Shown: piece after piece, positions 36,760 to 50,300 of the stretch | How the letters are laid out: every line of letters begins with the position of its first letter | Numbering within the stretch: position 1 is the stretch's first letter | Source of the DNA: Felis catus | Lineage: Eukaryota | Reading direction: 5' to 3' | Assembly (NCBI RefSeq): GCF_018350175.1 | Contig: NC_058368.1 | Span: 191,644,001-191,708,000 of the forward strand | Length of the DNA stretch: 64,000 nt | Notes under the pieces: generated by a model | Told to the model about the DNA's origin: nothing | Databases searched by the model: none | What the model saw: the letters and a program-made list of their open reading frames with translations, nothing else | Program-made: the position numbers and the translations under genes

Positions 36760-38385
36760 ATCATAATTACGACAACATTGTGTGGGTACAAAGAAGATAT
36801 ATAGGTTAATGGGATAGAGTAGATAGTACAGAAATAGGCTCCTATACACATGATCAGTCAGTTTGCAACAAAATTCAGTGGGGAAGGGATAATCTTTTCA
36901 ATAAAAGTGAGTGGGTGTACTGGAGTTGCAAAATAACGAATCTTAACTCTTAGCTCATGCTGCACGTAAGAAATTAACTTGAAATGAGTCACAGATTTAA
37001 ATGGAAAAGCTAACGCTATAACATTTCGCAAAGAAAATATAGGCATCTTTGGTTCAGGCAAAGGTTTTTTTTAAGGTAGCAAAAATCACAACGAGATCAG
37101 AGATGAAAACACCAACAAATTGGATATTAAGACTAAACATTTTCCTCTTTAAAAGACGCTGCAAAGATCTTTTAAAGGTGCTGTAAAGAGCACCTGGGTG
37201 GCTCAGTGGGTTAAGCGTCTGACTCTTGATTTGGGCTCAGGTCATGATATCATACTTCATGAGTTCAAGTCCCACATTAGGCTCTGCACCGACAGGACCT
37301 GCTTGGGATTCTCTCTCTCCCTCTCTCTTTGCTCCTCCCCCGCTCTCTTTCTCTTTCCCTCTGTCCCTCTCAAAATAAATAAATAAGCTTAAAAAAAGAC
37401 GCTGTAACGAAGATGAAAAGGTGTTTCATAGAATGGGAAAAAATTGCAACACATACCTCTGATAAAGGGCCTGTTTCCAGAATACATAAAAATATGTCTA
37501 CAACTTAATAAGAAGACAAAATAAGACACTTGTTTTAAAGTGTGAAAAACAGTGGAACAGACACTTCACCAAAGAAGTTACACAGATGGCATATAAGCCC
37601 ATGAAAGCATGCTCAACACCATTAGTCATCAGGGAAATGTAAATTAAAATCACAAATGAGGTACCATTACATACCCCGCCCCCACACACACACAGCTGAA
37701 ACAACTAATCATGGCAAGTGTCGGTGAAGATCTGGAACAATTGGAGTACTCATAGATTTCTACAGGGGATGCAAAAACAGTAAAACCACTGGAATAGTTG
37801 GCCATTTCAAAAATAAAAATATATACTTACTGTATAGCCCAGTAATCCTATTGTGATTTACCCACGACAAATTTTTAAAAAGTATGGTTCCATGCAATTT
37901 TTTGTGTTTACCTCTATAGCAGCTTTATTCACAACAGCCAAAAATTGGAACTAATCTGAATGTTTCTCAACTGGTGAGTGGATAAACAAGTTGATGTAGA
38001 GGCATATACTACTACTCAGAAAATTAAAAAAACAAACAAACTCATGAACTACTGATCCACACCACAACATGGGTGAAACTCAAGTGCATTCTCCTAAGTA
38101 AAAGAGATGAGACATAGAAGACGGCCCACTGTACCATTCCATCTGTATGGACTCTCAGAAGAGGCAAAGACAGAAAACCAACATGGCGGGAGTCTATGGT
38201 GACCAGAGGCAAGGGATTTAGGAGAGAAAACTAACTGCAGAGGGGCAGCAAGGAACTTTTGAAGGTGAGGGAAATGCTCTATACCTTGATTGTGTTGGTA
38301 GTGACAGTATTCTATGGATATGATGATCAAATTGTACATCCGAAATTGGTAAACTTTACTGTATTTAAATTACATCTCAGTGAAG
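36760..38385 (+). mobile_element. Old L1M (MB/MC-like) ORF2 end and 3' UTR
   Basis: aatcttttcaataaa, acagacacttcaccaaagaag, cattagtcatcagggaaatg, gcagctttattcacaacagccaaaaattggaa, taaattacatctcagtgaagctg. Confidence 0.85.
37187..37393 (+). mobile_element. CanSINE inside the L1M
   Basis: cacctgggtggctcagtgggttaagcgtctgactcttg...; flanked by aaaagacgctg(c/t)aa. Confidence 0.92.
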
Positions 38386-38499
38386 CTGTTTTTTTTTTTT
38401 TTTAATGTATGTGTGTGTGTGTTGGTGGGGGGGGCAATTAGATTGTAGAACTTCTAATATCCTTTCAATCCATAAAGTGTCTCAGGGAGCACAAATCTT

Positions 38500-38723
38500 T
38501 AAGACTTTGCCTGACCTTTTGCCCTACAGGAAGACATGATCTTTATTGCACTGGACAGGAAATAAACCTCCCTCCTGCTCCTGAGGGGGCATGATCTCTA
38601 CCTTTCAAGGCTCTGTGCTCTACCAACATCCTTGAAAAGATGGTCTAGAACAAAGGCAGTCAGCGCCTCTGTGGGCAAGACACCAAAAAGATTGAGAGAC
38701 CTGGTGGAGAACAGGCTTTCAAC
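38500..38723 (-). mobile_element. ERV LTR-like fragment (family uncertain)
   Basis: ccttgaaaagatggtctagaacaaaggcagtcagcgcctctg...gagagacc...tttcaaca resembles old eutherian LTR ends. Confidence 0.45.
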
Positions 38724-40764
38724 ATCAATTGCTTACACCTCCTCTGAACTTCTGTGGTTCGAGTTTGCTGTCACATCACCTGAGTTCAAAACCAGGCTAA
38801 GCCACTACCCAGCTGGACCAATTATTTGATTTCAGTGAGGTCTCATTTTCCTTGTCCAGTAGACTCGGGTCATAATCCCCGCCTTAAAGTAATTGGGTGA
38901 GCCAAATAAGACAACGTATTTTAAAGTGCTTTTTAAGCCACAAGGAAGTAGATAAATAATTACTTCACCATGTACTTTTTATGTTATTTCATTCTTTTAC
39001 ACTGTCAGGTTTGTTGTCAGCTCCTTCTACTCTTCTTTTCTTCCACGGCACTTAACACAAAATTGAGCAAGTAATGAGTATTCAATTAACCCTTGATGGT
39101 TGCCTAATACTTTGAATAACTGGTTGAAATTGGACTTGCTAATTTCCCCTTATAAATTCCATGGTTTCTCTTTTACTCTTTCTCCTTTGATCACCTATCT
39201 CCAATCACATTTAAATTAAAAAAATAAAAAGCAAGCTAGTCTATTTTCCTAAAGAAAACGCTTTGGATTCTATTCCAGCACTTAACAGGTGGTTACTTCT
39301 ATCTGTGACAAGTCCTTAGCAAATAAAGAGCTCAGAGGGTGTGGTGCACTCGTCATGCTCACCAAGCAAGAAACATGTTCCTATGAGTGGTCAGCACTTA
39401 GCGTGTGTTCATGTTCAATGGGGAATGAAAATGGCATATGAGAGGCTGGAAGAAAATAATCATCCCTTGTGTAATTCTCTCTCTTTTTTTTAGTGTTCTG
39501 ATGAATCAACCCGAGGAAGCAGTTTCTTCAGTCCCTTTTCCTGTATGAATGATCGCAATGTAGAGTTTAGAAAGAGAGACATGGATTGGCCCATCTGTTG
39601 TGGGCACAGTAATGGCAGAGGTTACCATGATGATGATTATGGTTGAGAATGACAAAGTATACTGCAGAAAATATCTCAACAGAAGGTAGGTTCTAAAGTC
39701 AGCACATAAAGTGAAAAATGTGAAAGGTCAAGACCATCCTTGAAAAATACTAGGAAGGTGTCACATTGGGTACGAAAATATTGTGCTTAATAGGGCTTAT
39801 TACATTTATGTAACAGCTTATGTAATATCCAGATTTCCCCAGCAGAGCGTCACATGATGGACGTGGCTTGCATTTATGGGTCATGTTATTTTTTTTTAAT
39901 ATAAAATTTTAAACTCTATATTCTCCATAAGATGCTCCCATTATGGAAGCACATGGGCACATAAACAAACTGAACAGAAGCAGATTCCCCTCTGCCTTCA
40001 CTCCTTACTGGTTAAGGTCAAAATGCCAGTCAGAACTCTTTCCTTAACCTTTCTCCCTCTCCCTTTCCCACAAAGACTATGTCCACTCCAGTTAAATGGG
40101 ATTATGATGACACTGCTCTATCCTAAAAAGGTCTTAATTTCCTTTCTCAACTTTCCATTTTCCTTCTTATTTGATGTACCTAGATTCTCATGGAAAACAC
40201 TGGACGCATCTGCAGACAGCTTTTTCACATATAGGGTATATCTAAACTGGATACAAAAGAAGGTCATAATAAGTCTTCTCTTGGTTACATGATTAATGTA
40301 CTCTGAGGCTTAGGAAAAAGCCAGTAATTGGGAAGGTTTAAGAGTACATTGAGTGAATTCATTGCTGTCAGAGACAATTCACCATTTCACTGATAGAGCC
40401 AGCAGCAGCCCTTCCGAGAGCAAGAAATAGCCATAAATCTAAACAGGAAAATATCCGAGTTTTGCTACCATGTCACATAAAATATCTCTTCTCAGAGCTG
40501 GAGGTATTTTTCAAAACTAAGTTAGAGTCACAGCTGTGAATAAAACCGGGCTTCTTCAAGAATGAGTAATAGAGACAACATTTTATAAGACTCCAAATTT
40601 GACCTTTCTTGGAAATTCTAATATCTAGCAAGAACTTGTCTTTGAGCACATAAACATATCATTTGTTTGCTTTTCTTCCAAATTTCCACTAAGGTAAGAT
40701 TGCAGTTGAAGGAAAACTAGTAGGATGTGTAACGAGAGGAACACAGTGATTCCCCTCGAACAGA

Positions 40765-41260
40765 GGACATCACCAGAGGCCAGTGGGCTCGACTGTTCCA
40801 CAAGTATGTTTGACTTGGCCCACACGGTGGTGGCCTGAGATGAGTTTAAAAAATGTCTGAATTAATTGCTAATGAAAAGAATGGTGGTTTCACGTTGGAA
40901 AAAAAAAAATCTAGAATTCCAGCTTCTCTTTAAAAAAAAAAACAAAAAAGATGCAATGGCGGGCAATATTAGGTTGACACCTCACCCAAGCCAAATATCA
41001 ACTGGGCCCGAGTAGAGATCACCTCTTCAGACCCCAGGGAATCTCGGGTTTGCTACACTCTGCACCACTTCTGGTTATTTCCGGGGCTCCAAGGCCAACT
41101 GCCGGCTGTGGTTTTATGTAACAGCAGAGTTAAAAGAAAAGTAAAAGTTTTCTACTTATATGGCTACCAAAGGTCTTGGGGAAAAAGGCAGACTGAGCCC
41201 TGGTTCATATATTTGTGTTACCTGGTTGGCCCCTGTGAACATCTGAGTCTGGACTTGCTA
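40765..41260. mobile_element. hAT-Charlie (Charlie4-like) DNA transposon relic
   Basis: tttgacttggcccacacgg...tctgaattaattgc...atctagaattccagcttctctttaaaa; a shorter related piece lies at about 32075-32190. Confidence 0.6.
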
Positions 41261-41280
41261 CCTTAAAAATTCACCTCCTG

Positions 41281-41525
41281 GGGCACCTGGGTGGTTCAGT
41301 TGGTTACGCCTCTGACTTTGGCTCAGGTCATAATCTCACAGCTTGTGAGTTCAAGCCCCGTGTTGGGCTCTGTGCTGACAGCTTGGAGCCTGGCGCCTGC
41401 TTCGGATTCTGTGTCTCCTTCTCTCACTGCCCCCTCCCCCTCTCGTGCTCTGTCTCTGTCTTTGTCTCTGTCTCTCTCTCTCTTTCAAAAACAAATAAAC
41501 ATTTTTAAAAAATTTAAAAAAAAAG
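41281..41525 (+). mobile_element. CanSINE
   Basis: Full body with (CTCTGT)n and an A tail. Confidence 0.95.
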
Positions 41526-41812
41526 GTCACCTTCTTCAGGAAGCTTGCCTGATTTAACCGACTGGGTTACAGAATGTGAAATGCTCTCCACCAGAGGATT
41601 CCATTAGAAACCAATGCAACTGAGATTTTAGATGTGACATTTTAATTATCCTTACATGAATCACCCATAATTAATAATTTTAAAAGAAAAGCATTTTGAG
41701 TGTCTCAGGTTAGCACAAGGGCTTTCTCACTAAATGACCACCCCAGTAATTTACCACAAATGTTGACATTCTTCTCAGAGCTCTCTCTGTTTCTCACTTA
41801 AGAATTTGGGAA

Positions 41813-42015
41813 GGGGCTCCTTGGTGGCTCAGCTGATTGAGCGTCTGACTCTTGGTTTTGGCTCGGGTCATGATCCCAGTGTTGTGGGATCGAGCCCTGC
41901 ATTGTGGTCCATACTGAGCATGGAGCCTGCTTGAGATTCTCTCTCTCCCTCTTCCCCTGCCCTTCTCCCCTGCGCACTCACTCACCCTAAAATAAAAAAA
42001 GAAAATAAAAAAAGG
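41813..42015 (+). mobile_element. CanSINE (older subfamily)
   Basis: TSD aagaatttgggaa at 41800-41812 and 42016-42028. Confidence 0.93.
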
Positions 42016-43429
42016 AAGAATTTGGGAAAGGGAAACAGGCATAGTTATGACTTCTAATATGAAAACCTCTAAGTATAGACAGGTTTGCCTGCCATAATTA
42101 TGTAATTATTACAATGAAATATAACTTACCTCACCACCCCATGAGAAAAAGTAATATTTTCCTTACTGAAAGGACCTGACTCGTTAAAAGATTAAAGGTG
42201 GTTACTGCCCTATTTCTGAAACAAGAGGGAGAAACTTAACGAATAAACATTGCTTTCAGCATAGCCATGGCGCCACAATGATCTGATTGTTGCAAGGACA
42301 CTGTTCAGAATATTACATGACGCTAAAGAGCGACAGACTTTCCATATTTAATATGAGCCTTTGAACAAAATTAAATTTTAGAGCAGTCTAAGGTCACACA
42401 GTCAATACGCCAACGCTTTTTACATTTATTTTAATCTCATCTCCCAGCACTGTCACCAGATCCTTGCCATCTCTTCATCACCATAAATAAACCGCGTTGA
42501 CTCTTGGACCTGCTCTCAGTCTCTTGGCTTAATTACCTTCCATGATAAGGAATTCACTTCCCATTTCCCTAAAGTGGCCCAGATGGGCACCTCAACTTGT
42601 TTCCCCTCTCTGCTCTGCTAATCTTTGTAATACTCTGTAGGGAGAGTAGAAGAAGGAGTAAGCCCCTTCCTAAGTCCCCCCCACCCCGAACCCTGCCGGG
42701 GATGCTCTGAAGTGGAGGTGACCTCAGGGCTCTGTGTCCTCTTGGGAGATGTGTCTTTCTCACCTGTGGCCAGATGCTTCTCGGAGTAAGCATCTGGGAA
42801 AGATTTCGGGTAAGATATCTCAGGACCAGATTCCTTGTTCATCTGAGCACAATTCAGAGTCAGTGTTATTTGAGCACTAAAAGAAATATGACCTTATTTT
42901 GTTTTTATCATAGGTTGCTAAAATCTGGGGATATTGTTAACACTTGGAATCATAGAATCTTAGCACTACAAAAACCCAAAATGCATTTAATCAAACTTGC
43001 CCATTAAGGACACAGGAAAATTGAGGATCAGAGGCCATTGTCACATAATTATATACTAGAAGACCCAAAAGGCATTCATCTTGTCTGTCTTTTAAATATT
43101 TTTTGAGCAGCTACCACGGGGCCAGCTTTCATAGATAAACACATGAATTCAAGTCGTTAAACAAATTTCCCACTATGAGCCTGGCACCGTGATGGACATG
43201 GGGGCATATAAAAATAAATCAGACAGGGACTTTTTCTTGAGGAGCTTACTGTTGAGTAGAGAAGCAGCAGCTTTACATAAACGAAAGTTTACACAGTATG
43301 ATAAATGTCACTTCTGATGAATGTATATGGTGGGATCACATCGTACACATGTAAAAAGCCATTCCTTATCTTATCCGTGATCACAAACTAATCTAATAAC
43401 ACGTATCAGTGTAATGAAAGAAATTTATT

Positions 43430-44230
43430 ATTAAAACTGAATGGCATCAACCCTGTAAACAAGCAGGAATGCTTCAAAATCCACACGATTAGTCACTTGG
43501 GAAATGCAAAATAAAGCCACAATGTGATACTACCACACATCTCTTGGCACCTCCAAAATTTAAAAGACCATATCAAGCATTGGCAAAGATGTAGAGGGAT
43601 TGGAACTCTCACACCCTGCTGGTAGGAGAGCTAAACGGTAGAACCACTTCATAAAAATAGCCTCGAAAATAGATAAACTGCACTGTGTTTAAAAAAATGA
43701 GACATACACTTACTACGCAATCTAGTCACTCAATTTCTAGGTATTTATCCAAGAGAGAACAAAGTCAAAGTTTGTATATGTGAACATGAATGTTCACAAC
43801 AGCTTTATTTGTAATCCCCCCAAACTGGAAGCCACCCAAACATTTACTAACAGGTGAATGGATAGCCACATGGTGAGATATCCACATTATGGAATAGTGT
43901 TCAGCAATAAAGAGGAATGAACTATTGATACAGACAACACCACGGATGGATCTCAAAAGAATGAAGCTGAGTGAGGGAAGCCTGAAAAGTAGCACACATA
44001 CTGTTTGATTCCATTTTTATTCAATTCTAGAAAAGGCAAAGTAACTGTAGTGATAAAACATAGGTGAGTGATTGCCTGGCGAGGGGTTGTGGTGCTTGGA
44101 GGAGCTGGAAGAGGGGGTTCAGAGGGGTACAAGGAAAATTTTAGGAGTGATGACTGCACATGTATGTCTTGTATCACAGCTTATCAAAGTACACACTTGT
44201 GCTCAGTCTATCAATAAGGCTGCTAAAAAG
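43430..44230 (+). mobile_element. Old L1M (MB/ME-like) 3' end
   Basis: gggaaatgcaaaataaagccacaatgtgatactaccacac; gaatgttcacaacagctttatttgtaat; tcagcaataaagaggaatgaactattgata. Confidence 0.85.
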
Positions 44231-44879
44231 TAAAGAAGCAAACGGTAATAACAAATCCTAAGTGAACACAGAAAAAAAAAAATCAAGGAGTTTGGAGTTA
44301 TAGGGCATGAGCCCGGCTACCCATCATCTGCACAACCATGCCTAAGTCTCTAGACTTTTCTGGAACTGTTTTCTTATCTAGCAAATGGGGGTAATAATTC
44401 TTGTCCAACTCATTTCATGGGATTATAATGAGGAGCTAATAGAGGAACAAATGCAAATGGGCTTCATAAAATTTTAAAATATTATGCACCAGGTGGTGGT
44501 TGTCCTCGTTGGCAGACATGAGAATCTATAGGGGCAGGAATCTCTGTGAGGGCTGGTTAGGGGGAGGAGGGCTGGAGGACAAGAGAACCCAATTCGACTA
44601 TGAGGACGATAAAGCCAGGGCCAAGAGGCTGCAGACGAGGGTAGGAGGCAGGTGCCTCAGGGCAACGGAAAAGTAGCAAGAACAAAAGCAGGTCTGACTC
44701 TGCGGCTGGAGAGCAGGGGAGGAACCAGATCACTAAGGAAAAAGAAGGCAGAAGGCAGAGCCTGGAACCCACACTGAGGACAACAGAACTCTTGGGAACA
44801 CAGGCTTGTGAGCAGACTCTGCTGTCCTCACTGCAGACAGATGGATCATCAGGTAACTCAACCACCCACCGGCTCTTGG

Positions 44880-45350
44880 GATGAGGACAACAAATCCTTA
44901 GCGTGGCCACGCCCCCAGCCTGTCCCTGCCTACCTCTCCAAGCTCATGGCCTACCACTTTCTCCCAGCAGTCTGCACCCTGCCCCTCTCCCAGCAGGCAC
45001 CACAGAGACTCAGTCGTGCTATTTCCTCAGCTTCCACTGCTGTGCTCTCTCCTGTTTGCCCAAACTCCTACTTACACATCACTTCTCAGATCAGCCGTTG
45101 CTTCTTCAGGAAGCTGGCCTGGCCTCCTGAGCTTAATCGGATTCCCCTCTGATGCCCCTCGTGGCAGCTGGAACCACTCCTCCATAGCATGTACTGCCGT
45201 CGCACTTATGGTACTTGGAGTGGTGAGTTCATCAGGGTCTGTCTCTCCCATCAAACTTCACCTTCATGGGGATGGAGAGCATGTCTAGTTTTGCTTGCCT
45301 TTTGCACCACCTGTCACAGGTGCAAAAGAGGTGATGCATGAAGGAATGAG
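44880..45350 (+). mobile_element. L2 3' region
   Basis: caaatccttagcgtggcc...cttcttcaggaagc...tctgtctctcccatcaaact...catggggatggagagcatgtct. Confidence 0.7.
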
Positions 45351-45774
45351 TCAGAGTCTTGTGGGGAAAAGACTTTCTTTGAACCCTTAAGAATTAAAAG
45401 AGCCAATGACATGTGCGTTCGAGCTCAATCTGCAGGCATAATCTATAATGGAGACCTTTTAATTATGTCCATTTTATAGACGCTGACGTCAAGGTTCAGA
45501 GAAGTAAGGTAAATGCCTAACATCACACCAATCATGAGCGGTGGATCTGGGAGGTGCCCCTGACTTCCTGACCAGCCCTGTCTTTCTAATTTTAAGGGGA
45601 AGGTTGATACCTAAGGCTCTGTCCAGCTCTAACTTTCTCCAATCCTATAGTCTCCAGAAAATTAACTGGTGGATCCTCCAACAATTCAGCCCCCATCAAT
45701 GGCCTGCAATAACCTTTCAGATCCTCAAGGCCTGCCAACAACACCCTCTTCCACTTGTAGGTTAAGAACTGAAA

Positions 45775-46010
45775 GGGGCGTCTGGGTGGCTCAGTCAGTT
45801 AAGCATCTGACTTCAGCTCAGGTCATGGTCTTGCAGTTCATGGGTTCAAGCCCTGCATCGGGCTCTGTGCTGATGGCTCAGAGCCTGTAGTCTACTTTAG
45901 ATTCTGTGTCTCCCTCTCTCTCTGCCCCCTCCACCACTCATGCTCTCTCTCTCTCTCTCTCTCTCTCTCCCCCCACCCCCGAAAAAATACATAAACATTA
46001 AAAAAAAAAA
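45775..46010 (+). mobile_element. CanSINE
   Basis: TSD ttaagaactga at 45762-45772 and 46011-46021. Confidence 0.95.
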
Positions 46011-46534
46011 TTAAGAACTGAGAATACGTTTCGGTGGACTCCTTGGGCTAAAAGGAGTGCCTATTTAGCTTATATCCCAGCAGTGCTGACTCTGAATTAA
46101 TAGTTTGACATCAGTCTTCTTTCACTGTGTGGCCCACTCTGAGCCTTGTCCTCCTTGAGTGTGCCTGGGGCAGCCGGACCCAGGGAGGGAGAAGGGACAG
46201 AGGAGGGCCAGCCTCCAGGGGTCTAATGAACTGTTTCGCTAGGTGAGAGACTTCTGCTCAGATACAACTTCTCCCTCCTAGTGCGCAGACCGTCCCCACC
46301 CCTGACACCTGTTTCCCCAGTGGGAGTGGTGTAAAAGTGCATTTTTCCCAATCAGAAGTGTTTAAGCACTGGCTTAACACGGTCAGTTATCCAAACAAGT
46401 GTTAATAATGTATGGGGGTCTATCAGCTCCCCAACATGTATACCAGTTGATAAGCCTCTTGTTATGGCCACAAGTAGCCTCGATATTAGTCTAGTTTGGT
46501 ATCTGTGGGGTAGGGTGGGGTAGCTAGGGAACAA

Positions 46535-46715
46535 ACTTTGAGCACCTACTAGGTGCCAGGCATCCCTGTCTCATCGAATCCTCACAATAATCCATCCAGG
46601 TAAATATTAGTATCCCCATTTTAGTGTTAATTAAACTGAGGCCCAGAGAAACTGTTACTCAAGGTCACATGGATTGGCAGGATTAGATTTGATTCCAGAT
46701 GTGTCTGGCTTCAGG
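46535..46715 (-). mobile_element. MIR
   Basis: tgagcacctactaggtgccaggc...atcctcacaataa...atccccatttta...aaactgaggcccagaga...caaggtcaca. Confidence 0.85.
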
Positions 46716-46848
46716 TCCGCCTAATGTCTATGAGTTTAACAACTGATACTTGGAAGACAAGGTCTAACAACCTACAAAGAAATAAAAATTCATTTATATC
46801 CAAACACACATTTGAGGAATCACGTTACTGAAAAGAATGCAATTAGAC

Positions 46849-47096
46849 CAGTGCTATTCAGAGCATGGTCCACAAACTCCTGCCAGCTCACGAACTGTCG
46901 ATTATCAGCCTACTGGGGTAAGTGCAGAAATTAATGAAAGCATTGAGAGAGTTTGATAACAAGTTGACATAGGCATAACATCCAAGCATGTGATCACATA
47001 ACTCACTGTTATCGTATTTTACAGAAGTATTAATCCAGAATATATCGGAGATGAAATTTGTCAGTGGTCCTCCTCCACAGTTTTTGAATAGGACTG
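46849..47096. mobile_element. hAT-Charlie MITE (MER105/MER5 group)
   Basis: Terminal inverted repeats cagtgctattca...tgaataggactg; 8-bp TSD aattaga(c/t) at 46841-46848 and 47097-47104. Confidence 0.8.
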
Positions 47097-47149
47097 AATT
47101 AGATAACACTGGGTCTGGCAGTCTGGGATCATCTGATGGGTGCTGTAGT

Positions 47150-47390
47150 CAGTACTGTGTCAAGCTCAAGGGTAAGGGCTCTTGGAGGCTCATTATTGCC
47201 AATCAAATTTCTGCTCCTCCGTGTATCTGCTGTGTGACCTTGGGCAAGCCACTCAACCTCTCATGTATGTAGAGAGACAGTGATGGCGCTATCTAGGATT
47301 ACTGTAAGAATCAAGTGGAATTATCTACGTGCATCACTTTGCACAGTGCTCAGCATAAAGCAAGCACTCAATAAATGCTAACAGCTGCAT
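47150..47390 (+). mobile_element. MIR
   Basis: gctgtgtgaccttgggcaagccactcaacctctc...gcactcaataaatgctaa. Confidence 0.85.
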
Positions 47391-47799
47391 TTATGATATG
47401 CCTAGCCAAGCTGGCATTATTATTATTATCCTTATTACTGACCTTTTATTGGCCTCTCTTCTGTCATTAGAATGTATTCCTTCGAGTTAAGCTAGCAGTC
47501 CTATGTGAAATATGAATATGCCCCTAGAAAAGTAAGTTACGTCAACATATCAGCTCAATATATCAAATATCATTGTCAGTAATGACTGGGTGAAGTGAAG
47601 TCAGGGAATGGGAAAGGCCCCAAGAGGTCATGAGATGGCTGAAGTTGTGGGAGAGAGCTCATGAGCGTGGCCTAGGAAAAATAAAGTTGGTCGGGAAGGG
47701 TCTTGAAGAGTAGGATTCTGGAGGCATAGGGAAAGGGATGGGGCCAGGCGATGACTTGAGAGAATTATCTTCCAAGAGGCAGAAGACATATTCAAGTCA

Positions 47800-48065
47800 G
47801 CAGCACAGAATACAGTTAAGAGCCAGAAAGCTAGAGCCAGATTGCCTAGGTTTAAATCTTGTCTTTGCTATTTAATTAGACTGTGACTCTAGGACAAGTC
47901 ACGTTACCTCTCTGTGCCTCGATGTTTTTGGTCTATAAAATGAGGATAATAATAGAACCAACCTCATAGGGTGCTCGTGAAAAGTCAACAAGAGTATACA
48001 GATACAGATATAGATTTATCTTAGTGCCTGGCACACAGTAGGAGCTATAGAGTATTTGCTCGAAT
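47800..48065 (+). mobile_element. MIR (near full length)
   Basis: gttaagagc...gccagattgcctaggtttaaatc...taaaatgaggataataatagaaccaacctcataggg...gtgcctggcacacagtagg. Confidence 0.88.
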
Positions 48066-49104
48066 TAACAGTACTAGTAGCAGTAGGAACAGAACATTCC
48101 AACCCCAGGCAGCTCCATCAAAAGTCCTTGCTAATAATTTCAAGACACCCCAGGTGAGGGTATGAAGATGTCTCAGCACACCCCAATCTCACTGCACATA
48201 ACAGGTCAGTAAACCCAGCCTCTGCACCCAAACGACCAGGCTCTGAAAAAATTAAAATCAGTCATCCTGAAGCAGTCTTTTCCTAATTACTCCCTAAGAT
48301 CCTTTTGACGATTATGGCCTGAGACTTTGGCAGGCAAAGAATCTTGTTTGTCGAGCGCAGCTCTGGGGCACTGTTCACCCAGAGCCCTCCTGGCTGCACG
48401 AGGCTCCTGCCGCTTCTTCCCACGCCCAGGGCTGCTCTTTGCCACATGGGGAACCAGTGTGACCTCCAACATTATCACCATATGAAAATATACAGCACAT
48501 CATGTTAAGAACATTTATGGGTTCCTGATGACCTATATGACAAAGCTTAAACTCTAGAAGAATCCCTTAGGGTCAACCCTCCCTGGCATATTGCAGGTTT
48601 GGTGAATGAATAAATAAATCATCCAGTCTCCAAATTTGATTCCAATGAAGGCAAGTGATGTATCTAAATTTTAAATGGGAATAAAACATAATGTTTGATG
48701 AAACAAAGTACGATTTTATTTTAACTGGAAACTATTTGAAAAGACTGAAGGGTTGGGACCTCAACGTGGACATCTCAGGCATCTTATATATAAAAAGGGA
48801 GATATTTTGGAATGGGGTATGAAAGAAAAGAGAGTCTTATGACTGCCTTTCTAACCATGCTGCATAGACAACATTGTGCCTACTTGTAAGATCGGCTCCA
48901 ACTGGGAGAATGTAAAGTTGTCCTTACCCCCCCAATTTGTCAATCCCATCACATCCCGATCCAGTCACTTGGTGACCTCTGCTGGCATCCTCTGGGTAAT
49001 ACACAATATGTGCAGGTGGTTCCAGAGCCCTTCCTGGAAGAATACTTTTACCCCAGTTATGTGTCTTTGGGTACCCATTGTCCAGATCCTGCTTTTTCTG
49101 ACTA

Positions 49105-50115
49105 CCATTCTCTAAGGAAAGGAAGAATGGGTCCTTGGAGAAATAGCTCAGTCTAAGGTTGGGCAGGAGAAACACAAGATGACCCTGGAAATTCTTGTAA
49201 TGCCTGAAAGTGAAGATCTGTTCAAGAACCAGACGGTTGGGGGCATGTCAAAGGGACACAGGCTTCAACCTGAAAGAACTCTCAACAGCCAAGGCTGGAG
49301 TAATTGGAAGCAAAAATAAGTAGTATTGGATTATAACCCAAAGTATAAAATAAATATATATGAGCTCATACTGAATTTTACTGAGGTAAATAAATGATTG
49401 AATGAATGAATGAATGAATGAATAAGTGAGAAGGAACAAAACTTGTTCTAGGAGGTAGAGATTAATCCCCCACCATCTCTGAATGTGGGCTGGACTTTGT
49501 GATTTGCCTCCAAAGAAAATAATATGGAAAGGGAGACAACAGTAACCACTGTTGAGAAACCTGGTAGATAACCAAGTGATTGAAATTAACACCACCAGCT
49601 GGAAGTTAATATCATGCAACCCCCGTTGTGATATGATGAGAGGAACACTTAATTTCTGTGGCATTCTTCCCAAAAAAAGAAAAACATCCGCAACCCCAGT
49701 CTAATCATAAGGACGACTTCAGACAAGCACACCCTGAGTTCCATTTTGCAAAGTGTAAAACTGACCACTACTCCTCAAAACTGCCAAAGTCAAGTAAAAT
49801 ACAAAGAGACCAAGAAGCTGTCACAGACCAGAGGAGACTGGCGACACACGATGACTGAATGCAGTGCAGTGCCCTGGCTTCTATCCTAGAAAAAAGAGTA
49901 CTACTGGACAAATTGGGTGAAATCCGAATCAAATCTTGACTTTAGTTAAAGGTATATAACAATGCTGATTTCTTCATTTTGACAAATGTACCTTGGTAAT
50001 GTGAGATGCTAACATGAGGGGAAACTAGGTGGGGCGGGTACGAGAATTTGCTGCACGACCTTTACAATTTTTCTGTAAATCTGAAATTATTCCAAAATAC
50101 AAAATTTATTTTAAA
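49105..50115 (+). mobile_element. L1MC/MD-like 3' UTR
   Basis: gggtccttggagaaatagct; aaccccagtctaatcataag; ttttgacaaatgtacc...ttttctgtaaatctgaaattattccaaaat. Confidence 0.8.
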
Positions 50116-50300
50116 GAAGTCATTCAGGAGGTTCACACTAAGAGAGTTGAGCTCCAGGAGTATGGAGAGATTTCTGAATGGGCTACCAGGTAATTAACTC
50201 ATAAGGAGCTTGGGTGTGTGTGTGTGTGGGGGGGGTGGTGAGGACCTGGATGGTAGACCAGCAATGATACAAAAGGATAGTTAAGAATTTACTCCAATGA

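Noticed and set aside
45484..45491. Second TGACGTCA CRE site
   Set aside because: Isolated, and lies within a MIR where it can arise by mutation of aaactgaggc-like sequence.
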